NCBI GenBank assembly: GCA_043819095.1
Contig: JBDRFF010000056.1
Coordinates: forward strand, 20,076 to 84,075
DNA: 64,000 nt
From: Candidatus Omnitrophota bacterium
GTDB taxonomy: Bacteria > Omnitrophota > Gorgyraeia > VGKH01
Direction of reading: 5' to 3'
The translations under genes were made by a program, and so were the position numbers. This document shows, in pieces, positions 38,697 to 47,695 of the stretch (positions within the stretch are counted from its first letter, which is position 1; the number at the start of each line of letters is the position of its first letter). The notes under the pieces were generated by a model. The model was not told where the DNA came from, ran no database searches, and saw only the letters and a program-made list of their open reading frames with translations.

Positions 38697-41006
38697 TTAC
38701 CTCCCTTCCTTAAAGAAAGTAGTGGCTTTGTTACAGGGCAAGTCTTTTAAAGATTTATAAACCATTACTCTTATCTTCTTCTTTATCGACAATCTAAAGA
38801 ATAACGTGATTTTATTCTTATAAATAGTTACGTTGATATTGTCGCCTCTCCATAAAACCGAAAATTTAAGCATATTAATCTGCTTGGGTAGATTAGGATA
38901 AAAGGTAAGGATATCATTCTTTACCCTCATTCCGCCGAAGCCCTTTACCAATGCCTGCCAAACGCCACCCACACATGCAGCATGAATACCGTCAGACGAA
39001 TTATTATGTACGTCTTTAAGATCTTCATATAAAGAAATTGAAAATAATTTAAACGCGCGGTCAAGATCGCCTACTTCAGCTGCGATAATTGCGTTTATCG
39101 AAGGACTAAGAGAAGATTTATGAAGCGTCCTTTGGATATAATAATGGTAATTGCGTCTTTTCTGCTGGGTTGAAAAAGTCTTGGACAGTAAATACAAAAG
39201 CATAACCACATCTGCCTGCTTTATTAGCTGAGTCTGGGCAAGCTTTCTTTCCGCGGCAAGCTTAGGAACAAGCGGCATGCCGTTTTCATCAAAATCAGTA
39301 ATTTTAATATCCTTTGTCTTGAAATAACCTTCGTATTCTTCAATCAAATTCTTTTTTTTGGATCTGGGAATAAATAATTTCCTGCCAATCTCACGCCACT
39401 TATTAAATTCCGAGGTCTTTAATTTAATCTTTTTTGATATTTTTTTAAATATTCCGTGATTTTGATTTTTATATTCTTTGTATAATTCAACCGCCCTTAG
39501 AAGATTCCATCGTGCCATCATGTTTGTAAAGGCGTTATTATTAACGTCTTCTCTGAATTCGTCCGGGCCAATTACGTGTTTTATTTCGTATCGATTGCGT
39601 TTTTTGTTGAACTCCACCCTGCTTGACCAGAAACGCGCAGTCTCAAAAATTATCTCTAGACCATATTGTTCCATAAATTCTTTGTCATGGGTGACATTAC
39701 AATAATGATCGACTGCATAAGCAACATCAGCAACAATATGATGCTCCATTTGACCAGTATAAATTTTAATGATGCTACCATCTTCCAGTTTATGCCAGGA
39801 AGGAGTGGTCTCTTCACCTGTATCTGCGGATTCCCAGGCAAATTGCGCTCCAAGATATCCATTTTTTGTAGCGTTTTTTCTTGACTCTGCAAGTCTATTA
39901 TATCGATACAGTAGCATATTCTTCGCGACTACTGGGTTATTGTACAAAAAGAAAGGCATGATGAAAATCTCCGCATCCCAAAAAATATGACCACGATAGC
40001 CTTCGCCTGTTAAGGCTTTAGCAGCGATACTTGTATCAGTGCCCCTATCGTTTCCTGCAATCAAAAGATGGTAAATATTAAAACGGATTGCTCTTTGTAA
40101 ATCTCTATTCGGTTTTACAACGACTTCACTAATTTGCCATTTATCAGCCCAAGCCTTAGTATGTTGTTTAAGCAAGACTTCAAAACCAGAATCAACGCTT
40201 TGCTTTAACGCTCTAGTTGTCTGGTGTTTTAATTCCTTCAACAAGACATCACGAGTAGAACAAACAGAAAAAATCTTTGTAAAATATACGGTTTGCCCTT
40301 TATTAATTCTAAGATGGATAGCCCTTTCTTTTGTAAAATATTCTTTTTTGCCATCGTAAATTTGTAGACAATCTGCAAACCCAATAGAAACCTTACTTTC
40401 GTATGTCTGGACACGAAAATAACTTAAATCTTTCCCTCTTTCAACATTCATCGTCTGAAAATGCTTCTTTCTTCCTTCTGTTAAAAATCCTCTGTTTGTC
40501 GCAGAAGTATCTATTGTAGTTTGGGCTATTATATTTACGGGAACATCAAGGGGCGTAAACGCAACTCGCATTACTCCGATATGAACATCATCCATGCTGT
40601 GAAATCTCAAAGATTCATAATGAAATCTTTCTTTGTGGGCATTCTGAAAAATGGTGTTACGCACAAGAATACCCTTTTTCATATCCAAGATTCTCTCATG
40701 CTTTAGAACATCCATAGCTATAACATCTAATTTTTCACCTTGAACAACGATTTTTAAATCTATAGGATTCGGCAGATTCACAAGCTCAGTCACCTGAGCG
40801 CCTGTTTTATCAAATACTCCGGCAAGAAACGTACCGGGATTAGCATCATAAGGAACCTCCTCTAAAATTCCTCGTGAACAGATATAACCATTACCAAGAG
40901 TAAATTGGGTTTCCCTGATACTCTGAAGATTTTTATTCCAATTCTTTTCCTTAATCAACCAGTCTTCGCTGGATAAATATTTAGAAAAGATTTTTTTTGT
41001 TTTCAT
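38697..41006 (-). CDS. GH65-family glycoside phosphorylase (maltose/trehalose/kojibiose phosphorylase type)
   Basis: 769 aa. Contains VIGPDEF (general-acid Glu context) and HKSSLSPS (a phosphate-binding-like loop, from memory). Size and layout fit GH65. Confidence 0.85.
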   Translation of the reverse strand: MKTKKIFSKYLSSEDWLIKEKNWNKNLQSIRETQFTLGNGYICSRGILEEVPYDANPGTFLAGVFDKTGAQVTELVNLPNPIDLKIVVQGEKLDVIAMDVLKHERILDMKKGILVRNTIFQNAHKERFHYESLRFHSMDDVHIGVMRVAFTPLDVPVNIIAQTTIDTSATNRGFLTEGRKKHFQTMNVERGKDLSYFRVQTYESKVSIGFADCLQIYDGKKEYFTKERAIHLRINKGQTVYFTKIFSVCSTRDVLLKELKHQTTRALKQSVDSGFEVLLKQHTKAWADKWQISEVVVKPNRDLQRAIRFNIYHLLIAGNDRGTDTSIAAKALTGEGYRGHIFWDAEIFIMPFFLYNNPVVAKNMLLYRYNRLAESRKNATKNGYLGAQFAWESADTGEETTPSWHKLEDGSIIKIYTGQMEHHIVADVAYAVDHYCNVTHDKEFMEQYGLEIIFETARFWSSRVEFNKKRNRYEIKHVIGPDEFREDVNNNAFTNMMARWNLLRAVELYKEYKNQNHGIFKKISKKIKLKTSEFNKWREIGRKLFIPRSKKKNLIEEYEGYFKTKDIKITDFDENGMPLVPKLAAERKLAQTQLIKQADVVMLLYLLSKTFSTQQKRRNYHYYIQRTLHKSSLSPSINAIIAAEVGDLDRAFKLFSISLYEDLKDVHNNSSDGIHAACVGGVWQALVKGFGGMRVKNDILTFYPNLPKQINMLKFSVLWRGDNINVTIYKNKITLFFRLSIKKKIRVMVYKSLKDLPCNKATTFFKEGR

Positions 41007-41015
41007 CGATTATAT

Positions 41016-41771
41016 TTATTCTCCGAGATGGCGAATTGTTCCTATAGAACGTGGAACAGCAATGTCTGCTTTGTGTTTTTCTTTCCCAGGCAAACTATAA
41101 TCCAAATCCATTATTTCTAGAAATTCTGCTGTATATCCTTTTAATATTCCGGGGTATTCAATTATTTTGTCTTCTTTGGATAATTCTAATACAACTTTCC
41201 TGCCTAAATGTTTTTCAAGTAAGGGTTCAAAAGAAGTATTGAATGTAGAAGAAACTCCCTGCTGCATTTGAGTAACGTATTTATCTTGACCAGCCAAAAC
41301 TCTTCCTGCAGGTGTAGCCTGCTTCATCTTTCCCAATAATAAGTTTGCAACCTCCATGATAGAGTCTCTTACTGTAGCAAATAAGTTCCTAATCCTTCGC
41401 GCTAATGATCTTAGGCCTTTTCGCTGAATTATGCTTTTTAATTTTTTTTCACGTTTTTTTCTACTTTTATCATCTAAGTCATCGACAAAACGCACAACGC
41501 ATTGAATATTCTGATATTCATTTTTGTAAAGCACGAAGCTGTTTTCAATATGATTATCTTTCTGATCTAAATAAGGCTCTTTATATTGAAGCTCTAGTCC
41601 TGTTGCCTCAAGCCTTAAATTACCCCAGATGACTTTGCAGTCTTTTAATTCAAGATTGACCAAATTGCCTTCAAAATCTAAAAGACACTTGTCGCGCATT
41701 CTGCCTTTAATAAAGGCGCCGATCACAGTTGATAAAATAATAAAAATTATGGTTATTGTTAAGGAATCCAT
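41016..41771 (-). CDS. hypothetical N-terminally membrane-anchored protein
   Basis: 251 aa. Single N-terminal TM (LTITIIFIILSTVIGAFI) and a basic linker KSRKKREKKLK. I recognise no family. Its start abuts the MscS stop with no gap, and the GH65 start lies 9 nt downstream of its stop. Confidence 0.55.
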   Translation of the reverse strand: MDSLTITIIFIILSTVIGAFIKGRMRDKCLLDFEGNLVNLELKDCKVIWGNLRLEATGLELQYKEPYLDQKDNHIENSFVLYKNEYQNIQCVVRFVDDLDDKSRKKREKKLKSIIQRKGLRSLARRIRNLFATVRDSIMEVANLLLGKMKQATPAGRVLAGQDKYVTQMQQGVSSTFNTSFEPLLEKHLGRKVVLELSKEDKIIEYPGILKGYTAEFLEIMDLDYSLPGKEKHKADIAVPRSIGTIRHLGE

Positions 41772-42845
41772 TTATATACCCTTCTTCTCGTTCGCCTTTT
41801 CCTGGTCGTAATTAATTGCCCTAATCGGATAAGGAATATTGATTCCTTCCTTGGCGTAACGTTCGTGAAGTCTTTTTATAAATTCGTGCTTGATTAGATA
41901 ATTGTCTACAAATTCTTTACAGCGAAGAATTACTGTAAAGTTGATGCTGAAATCACTAAAAGTATGATAGCGGATAAAAGGTGTGAATTCCGGAACGCCG
42001 CCCTTTACTTCTTTCATTGTTTCTTTACCGACATCAATAGTCACTTTCTCCACGTGTTTTAAATCCGACTCGTAATGCACGCCTACCTGCACCAGGACCG
42101 CCATCTCCTGCTCGGGATAATAATAATTAAGCACTTTAGAATTGACCAACACTTTATTAGGGATCACTACGGTATTATTAGGCAGCATCCTTACCCATGT
42201 TGAACGCCAGCCGATTTTATGTACATAGCCTTCCTCACCTGAATCAAGTTTGATAAACTGACCTACCTTAATCGACTTATCAACGACTATCTGTATCCCT
42301 GAAAAGAAATTCTCTAAAGTTGGCTGTAAGGCAAGGGCGACAGCTAAAGAACCGATACCTAAAGAAGCTAACACTGGCGTAATAGAAACCCCGAAACTAT
42401 CAAGAAGTATCAGTAATCCTAGACCTATAACTAGCGCCCTAACAACGCCCTGCGCCACTCCTCGGGTAGTCTGTAATATTTCTATTTTATGACTGTAAGT
42501 ATCGATTAAATTCTTAAGCAATTTATCAAAAAATAGAATTATAGCTACAATTGTCGTGGCTTTGAGACCTACTATGAAATAGGTGGTAAGCTCTGCTTCC
42601 TTACTGATAGGGGCAATTTTTTCCAAAATAACCGCACCGCTGACAAAAATCAAAAGCACCAAAGGAAAATTTAATGCACTCAAGAAGATATCATCAAGCT
42701 TAGAACTTGTTTTAGCGGCGATTTTTTCTATCTTGTCAAAGACTATTTTTTTGATAAAAAGTAATATGCTTACCCATAAAAGATACACTATGGGGGCATA
42801 AATCAAGGCAGGTATAGTAATATTTAAAATAGTTATATCTTGCAT
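41772..42845 (-). CDS. MscS-family mechanosensitive channel
   Basis: 357 aa. TM helices are followed by the beta domain VGQFIKLDSGEEGYVHKIGWRSTWVRMLPNNTVVIPN. Confidence 0.87.
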   Translation of the reverse strand: MQDITILNITIPALIYAPIVYLLWVSILLFIKKIVFDKIEKIAAKTSSKLDDIFLSALNFPLVLLIFVSGAVILEKIAPISKEAELTTYFIVGLKATTIVAIILFFDKLLKNLIDTYSHKIEILQTTRGVAQGVVRALVIGLGLLILLDSFGVSITPVLASLGIGSLAVALALQPTLENFFSGIQIVVDKSIKVGQFIKLDSGEEGYVHKIGWRSTWVRMLPNNTVVIPNKVLVNSKVLNYYYPEQEMAVLVQVGVHYESDLKHVEKVTIDVGKETMKEVKGGVPEFTPFIRYHTFSDFSINFTVILRCKEFVDNYLIKHEFIKRLHERYAKEGINIPYPIRAINYDQEKANEKKGI

Positions 42846-42897
42846 TTATACCTCCTAATAATCAAATTTAAAATGTTTAAATAAAAGGTAAGTAATT

Positions 42898-42926
42898 ATA
42901 TTACCACAAAGAAGAAAATTTGGCAA
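42898..42926 (-). promoter_or_regulatory. sigma-70-type promoter of the MscS operon
   Basis: On the minus strand: TTGCCA (42926-21), a 17-nt spacer, TAATAT (42903-898). SD aggagg precedes the ATG at 42845. Confidence 0.4.
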
Positions 42927-42960
42927 GATAAGAGTTGGAACAAAAAATGGAGGGTTTTCC

Positions 42961-45900
42961 TTATATTAGCGTCAGGAATGTATCTACAATCTTGGGATCA
43001 AATTGAGAGCCAGCGCCCTGTTTTATTAATTTTATCGCATTATTTCTGCTAAATGCTGGCCGGTAAGGTCGATTAGAGACTAAAGCCTGAAAAACGTCTG
43101 CAATTGCAACAATCCGCGCTCCTATTGGGATCTCTTCCTGCTTTAACCCGTGAGGATAACCTTTTCCGTCCCAGCGCTCATGATGATGAAGTATCGCAGG
43201 GATTATATCATGGAAAAAATGAAGCGGCCTTAAGATATCCACGCCGATCTGGGTATGTTTCTTGATCTCTTCAAATTCTGATTTTGAAAGCCTGGACTTC
43301 TTAAGCAAAATTCTATCGCTTATGCCGATTTTACCAAGATCGTGCAGTTTGGCTGCCTGTCGTATATCTTCTATCTTTTTCTTTGGTAGGTCTAATTTCC
43401 TGGCTATCTCAGTGGCATAATATACTGTATTCTCTGCGTGCTCGCCGGTATATTGATCTTTTAATTTAATGGTTTTCGCAAATGCGTAAATGGATTCTAT
43501 CAGGCTCTGATTTGCCCGCTTGGTAAGCTTTTCTATCTTCTCCTGTAAGAAACCGATATCATGAGAGAAACCTTTAGAATCTAGATAACTTGGCTTTGAC
43601 TTTTTGGTGTCTGCAAATGAATAGATCCTGTCACCGCCGTCCTCTTTGACTTTACTTAAAATTTTATCTACAACATTAATTAAATCAGTGCTTTTTATTA
43701 TTTTATCCTCAGGATATGAAACGACTGCAATACTTAATTTTAATTTAACGCTGTGTTGCTGGTTACCGAAGTTGAATAAGTTTATGCTATCCAATATTCT
43801 CCGGGATAGGGTCAGTGATGTAGATTTATCTATTCCGGGAGAAATCACTATAAATTCTTCTCCTCCGAATCGAACCAAGATATCGTATTGGCGCACAATT
43901 TTCTTTAGTTGCCTGGCAAATTGTTTTAGAACTATATCGCCGAATTGATGACCATAGACATCGTTTATCGACTTAAAATAATCTAAGTCCATCATTATTA
44001 ATGAAAGCGAATAACCGTATCTTTTAGCTCGGTTAAACTCTGATTCAATCGCCTCCTCAAGATAACGATGATTGTAACAACCTGTCTGGGAATCCCTTAA
44101 TGCTAATTGTCTAAATCTTTTACTGGTATTTGCGAGCTTTCTATTCAAAATTTCTAGTTTGCTTTCGGCACGTTTACGTTCAATAATATTTCCAATCAAA
44201 GAGCAGAATACCGCTAAGGTATCCTGTTTCATTGGATCTAACTCTGCTTTGCTTATAGCGGCATCGTTTATAAAGACGCCGATCTGTCCGTGCGCAGATT
44301 GTATAGGTGTAATAACCAACCATCCCTCGCCTATTTGAACAGAGCTTTTACCGTCCCATTCCAGCAGTGGCTCCCTAACTACCACCCAGTTTGGATTCCG
44401 GGGATCCAGCATCTTAAGACGCTTCTTCCAGACTTCTGTTTTTTCAAATTTATTTGCGCGTTCATCTGTTGTCTTGCCATGTCGATCAGTTCCGTAGATA
44501 CCGCGCACATAACCACCTTGTTCCATAAAAATTGCACAACGCTCTAACCCGAATCTTTCTCTAGCAAATTCAACTGCCCGGAGAAAAACTGTTTCTGCAT
44601 CGGGACAGGCGATAAATTCTTCAGCTGCTTCCAAAACCGCGCGCAGGCCAACTGTCATAGATTTTTGCTGTTTTTCAGCTTGCTTACACTCGGTAATGTC
44701 TGTGCTGATTTGTGTTACTGCAGCTACTTCATTATCAAGAATTATAGGTATAACTCTAGTCTCATACCAAGCCTTGTTTGGTCCTTCAGAACCAGCGCCA
44801 AGAATCGTATAAATATCGGGTTTCCTTGTCTTAAAAACATTTTCAATGGTTTTCTTTACGATGCGCTGGTACTCTGGCGCAATGTAATCATATATGCTTT
44901 TGCCTATCACCTCTTCTGGCGTCATACCTTTCACGGTTCGATTAATTGCTAAAATCTTTCCGTCACGTTTTACTGTCATAATAATATCAGGAACATTCTG
45001 AACCAATGATCGCCACTTCTGCTCTGATTGCGTTAGCTGCTCTTCAGCCTCCTTGCGTTCGGTGATATCTGCATCTGAGCCTCTATACCCTAAAAGGTCT
45101 CCTTTCTCATCAATTATCGGGACTCCGCTTGTTGAAAGCCAGATCGTACTACCATTTTTATGTCGATTGCGGTTTATGAATTCACGGAATGGCTGCTTGC
45201 TAGCGAAGGATTCAAATGCAGCATTTTTTAGCTTGTTTAGATCTTCGGGATGAAAAAAGTCGTAAAAATGTTTCTTTCCAACTACTTCTTCTGTTTTGTA
45301 ACCAAGAATCTCCTCCGTCATTGGGCTTGCGTATGTGTATAAACCATTAGCATCTACTTCCCAAATCCACCCTAGGGCGTTGTCTGCTACTTGCTGGAAA
45401 CGCTCCTTTGATTTCCGTAGCTCTGCTTCAGCGAGTTTACGCTCAGTGATATCCCGGGCTATCCCAACTAAACCGATAGAGTTTCCTTTTTCATCTTTCA
45501 CGATATTAATAGTCATCCAGGTCTCGAATACCTCGCGATTTTTTCTTATGTGGCCAACTTCGCCATGATGCGAACCATTCTTTTTCACCTGTTCGTTAAA
45601 AGGGGCCACGTCTTTGCGCATCTGTTCTTTTGTATGAAAAATACTTAAATGCTTTCCTATAAGTTCCGATATGCAATAACCATGCATATCCGCCCAGGCT
45701 TGATTACAGAAACGGATAACGCCATTCATATCAGCGACTGCAATACCATCCATAGACTGCTCAACTGCTTTTTCTAGCATGCGGTATGTTTCTTGGACAT
45801 GCCCTTGTTCAGCAATCTCTTTGGGAATTTTTGAATTATTCTGGTTAGAGCTATCTGGAGAGAAAAAATTGAAATGATGAATTTTGTGGATTTCAGACAT
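42961..45900 (-). CDS. multi-PAS / GAF-like / GGDEF / HD-GYP signalling protein
   Basis: 979 aa with three PAS-like modules. Contains RFGGEEFIVISP with an RQYD I-site, then HDLGKIGI and HHERWDGKGYPHGL (HD-GYP). Confidence 0.87.
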   Translation of the reverse strand: MSEIHKIHHFNFFSPDSSNQNNSKIPKEIAEQGHVQETYRMLEKAVEQSMDGIAVADMNGVIRFCNQAWADMHGYCISELIGKHLSIFHTKEQMRKDVAPFNEQVKKNGSHHGEVGHIRKNREVFETWMTINIVKDEKGNSIGLVGIARDITERKLAEAELRKSKERFQQVADNALGWIWEVDANGLYTYASPMTEEILGYKTEEVVGKKHFYDFFHPEDLNKLKNAAFESFASKQPFREFINRNRHKNGSTIWLSTSGVPIIDEKGDLLGYRGSDADITERKEAEEQLTQSEQKWRSLVQNVPDIIMTVKRDGKILAINRTVKGMTPEEVIGKSIYDYIAPEYQRIVKKTIENVFKTRKPDIYTILGAGSEGPNKAWYETRVIPIILDNEVAAVTQISTDITECKQAEKQQKSMTVGLRAVLEAAEEFIACPDAETVFLRAVEFARERFGLERCAIFMEQGGYVRGIYGTDRHGKTTDERANKFEKTEVWKKRLKMLDPRNPNWVVVREPLLEWDGKSSVQIGEGWLVITPIQSAHGQIGVFINDAAISKAELDPMKQDTLAVFCSLIGNIIERKRAESKLEILNRKLANTSKRFRQLALRDSQTGCYNHRYLEEAIESEFNRAKRYGYSLSLIMMDLDYFKSINDVYGHQFGDIVLKQFARQLKKIVRQYDILVRFGGEEFIVISPGIDKSTSLTLSRRILDSINLFNFGNQQHSVKLKLSIAVVSYPEDKIIKSTDLINVVDKILSKVKEDGGDRIYSFADTKKSKPSYLDSKGFSHDIGFLQEKIEKLTKRANQSLIESIYAFAKTIKLKDQYTGEHAENTVYYATEIARKLDLPKKKIEDIRQAAKLHDLGKIGISDRILLKKSRLSKSEFEEIKKHTQIGVDILRPLHFFHDIIPAILHHHERWDGKGYPHGLKQEEIPIGARIVAIADVFQALVSNRPYRPAFSRNNAIKLIKQGAGSQFDPKIVDTFLTLI

Positions 45901-45963
45901 ACACTTCCTTTCGTTAGTATATGTCCGTGGCTTCTCAAAAAAAGCGCTTCCTTAGTTAATTAA

Positions 45964-45992
45964 AGTATACCTTATAAAGGAACAATTTACAA
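45964..45992 (-). promoter_or_regulatory. candidate sigma-70 promoter of the PAS-GGDEF-HD-GYP gene
   Basis: On the minus strand: TTGTAA (45992-87), a 17-nt spacer, TATACT (45969-64). A leader of about 60 nt ends in SD aaaggaag. Confidence 0.35.
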
Positions 45993-46178
45993 GGGGGCGT
46001 GTTGAAAAAAATAAACACAATTTATATAACTAAGAATGAAGAAATAAAATAATAACTAAGTCTCTATCTAATTAGTAATTAATCAGTTATGTAATTAAAA
46101 AGCTTTCATTATGCATGAAGGAAATAAGGGATATCGAAATACAAAATAATTTTTTTGTATCTTGAATATAAAGAGGAT

Positions 46179-47210
46179 CTAATGGATGGATTTTAATAGT
46201 GCGGACTTTTCCGTAAAATTGATAATTTGGCTCATAATTTTTGTTGCCTCAACCGGATATTTGCCCTTAGCCGTCTCAGCAGAAAGCATAACAAAATCTG
46301 TGCCGTCTAAAATGGCGTTGGCAATATCTGTAACTTCGGCTCGAGTGGGTATTCTATATTGGACCATATGCTCAAGCATCTGGGTGGCCGTAATAACGAA
46401 CTTTTTCTTTTTATTGCATTTTCGTATGATTCTTTTTTGGATGATGGGAATCTCATAAATTGGAACGGAAATTCCCATATCGCCTCTGGCAATCATAATT
46501 CCATCAGAGACATCGATTATCTCATCGATGTTTTTTATTCCTTCAGGATTTTCTATCTTGGAAATAATTTTGCATTCCGGAAGACGGGGCTTGATTAAAC
46601 GTCTTAACTTTAAAACATCTTTGCTTGCCCTAACAAATGATTGGGCGACATAATCGAGCTTCTGGCTTATTACAAAATTAATATCCATTTTGTCTTTTTC
46701 GGTTATGCTGGGGAATTCTAAACGCGCTTGCGGAATATTCACTCCTTTTCTCTGTTCTAAGAGCCCACCTACGACCACTTCTGCCTTTAATCTCTTTTTC
46801 TCAACGCCTCTTACTTTAAGAGCTATTCGTCCGTCATCAATGTAGATAAACTGATCCTTTTTGATAGCTTTTAAACTGCCGCGATAATCAAAAGAGATAA
46901 TATTATTTCTGCCCATAACATCATCCTGCGTAAGCCAGATCGTCTTTCTCTTGATAAGTTGAATCGGTCTCTTTGCTTCTAGCCTGCCAATCCGCACCCT
47001 ATTACCTTCCAGATCTCCTAATATTCTTATATGGCGATGATATTTCTTATTGATTTTGAGCACAGTATTTATCCGGGCCTTACATTCTATATGGCTGGCG
47101 TGTGAGAAATTGAGCCGGACTACATCCATTCCTAATAAAACCATCTTGCGGATGATAGTCTCAGAGCTACTTGCCGGACCTAATGTACAGATAATTTTAG
47201 TTTTTGCCAT
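46179..47210 (-). CDS. pyk: pyruvate kinase lacking the C-terminal regulatory domain
   Basis: 343 aa. Contains [24 protein letters not shown] and TATQMLEHM. It ends shortly after the A domain. Confidence 0.87.
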   Translation of the reverse strand: MAKTKIICTLGPASSSETIIRKMVLLGMDVVRLNFSHASHIECKARINTVLKINKKYHRHIRILGDLEGNRVRIGRLEAKRPIQLIKRKTIWLTQDDVMGRNNIISFDYRGSLKAIKKDQFIYIDDGRIALKVRGVEKKRLKAEVVVGGLLEQRKGVNIPQARLEFPSITEKDKMDINFVISQKLDYVAQSFVRASKDVLKLRRLIKPRLPECKIISKIENPEGIKNIDEIIDVSDGIMIARGDMGISVPIYEIPIIQKRIIRKCNKKKKFVITATQMLEHMVQYRIPTRAEVTDIANAILDGTDFVMLSAETAKGKYPVEATKIMSQIINFTEKSALLKSIH

Positions 47211-47241
47211 AACTCATTTTTTTCAGATACTTTTTGATAAA

Positions 47242-47273
47242 AGCCCGCTGCGACAGTTTTGTCGCAGCGGGCT
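47242..47273 (-). terminator. rho-independent terminator
   Basis: agcccgctgcgaca / tgtcgcagcgggct forms a 14-bp stem with a 4-nt loop, followed on the minus strand by ttttatcaaaaag. Confidence 0.65.
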
Positions 47274-47294
47274 CAAAATTCATAACAATTAAGT

Positions 47295-47621
47295 CTAAAT
47301 ATATTTTTCTGCTAGCTCGCTCACGATAGGGATTTTAAGCTTTTTGCCTTGATAAGAAGTAATAATCAAAACTAACCAAAGCGCTAGACCTATTGTACCT
47401 AAAATTACAGGTCCAATAATCGTAAAGATCAAAATAACACTAGCCAGATGAAGGACTCCGAAAATAATTAATGATTGAAGTGCATGAAAACGCACAAACT
47501 TATTATCTTTCTCAAGCAAAAAGAAAATCAATCCAGTAATCCAGAATAATACATAACATAGTAAAGCGGCAACATTGGGCTGTAAACCAATACTCGTCTT
47601 TCCTAAGTCTGATTTTGTCAT
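47295..47621 (-). CDS. DUF4870-type small membrane protein
   Basis: 108 aa. Contains AALLCYVLFWITGLIFFLLEKDNKFVRFHALQSL, typical of this family (from memory). Confidence 0.62.
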   Translation of the reverse strand: MTKSDLGKTSIGLQPNVAALLCYVLFWITGLIFFLLEKDNKFVRFHALQSLIIFGVLHLASVILIFTIIGPVILGTIGLALWLVLIITSYQGKKLKIPIVSELAEKYI

Positions 47622-47695
47622 TCTATCTGCCTCCTTTCAAAATATGATTATATCATAAAAAGGAATTATTTCAACAAAAACCTTAACCCAGATGG

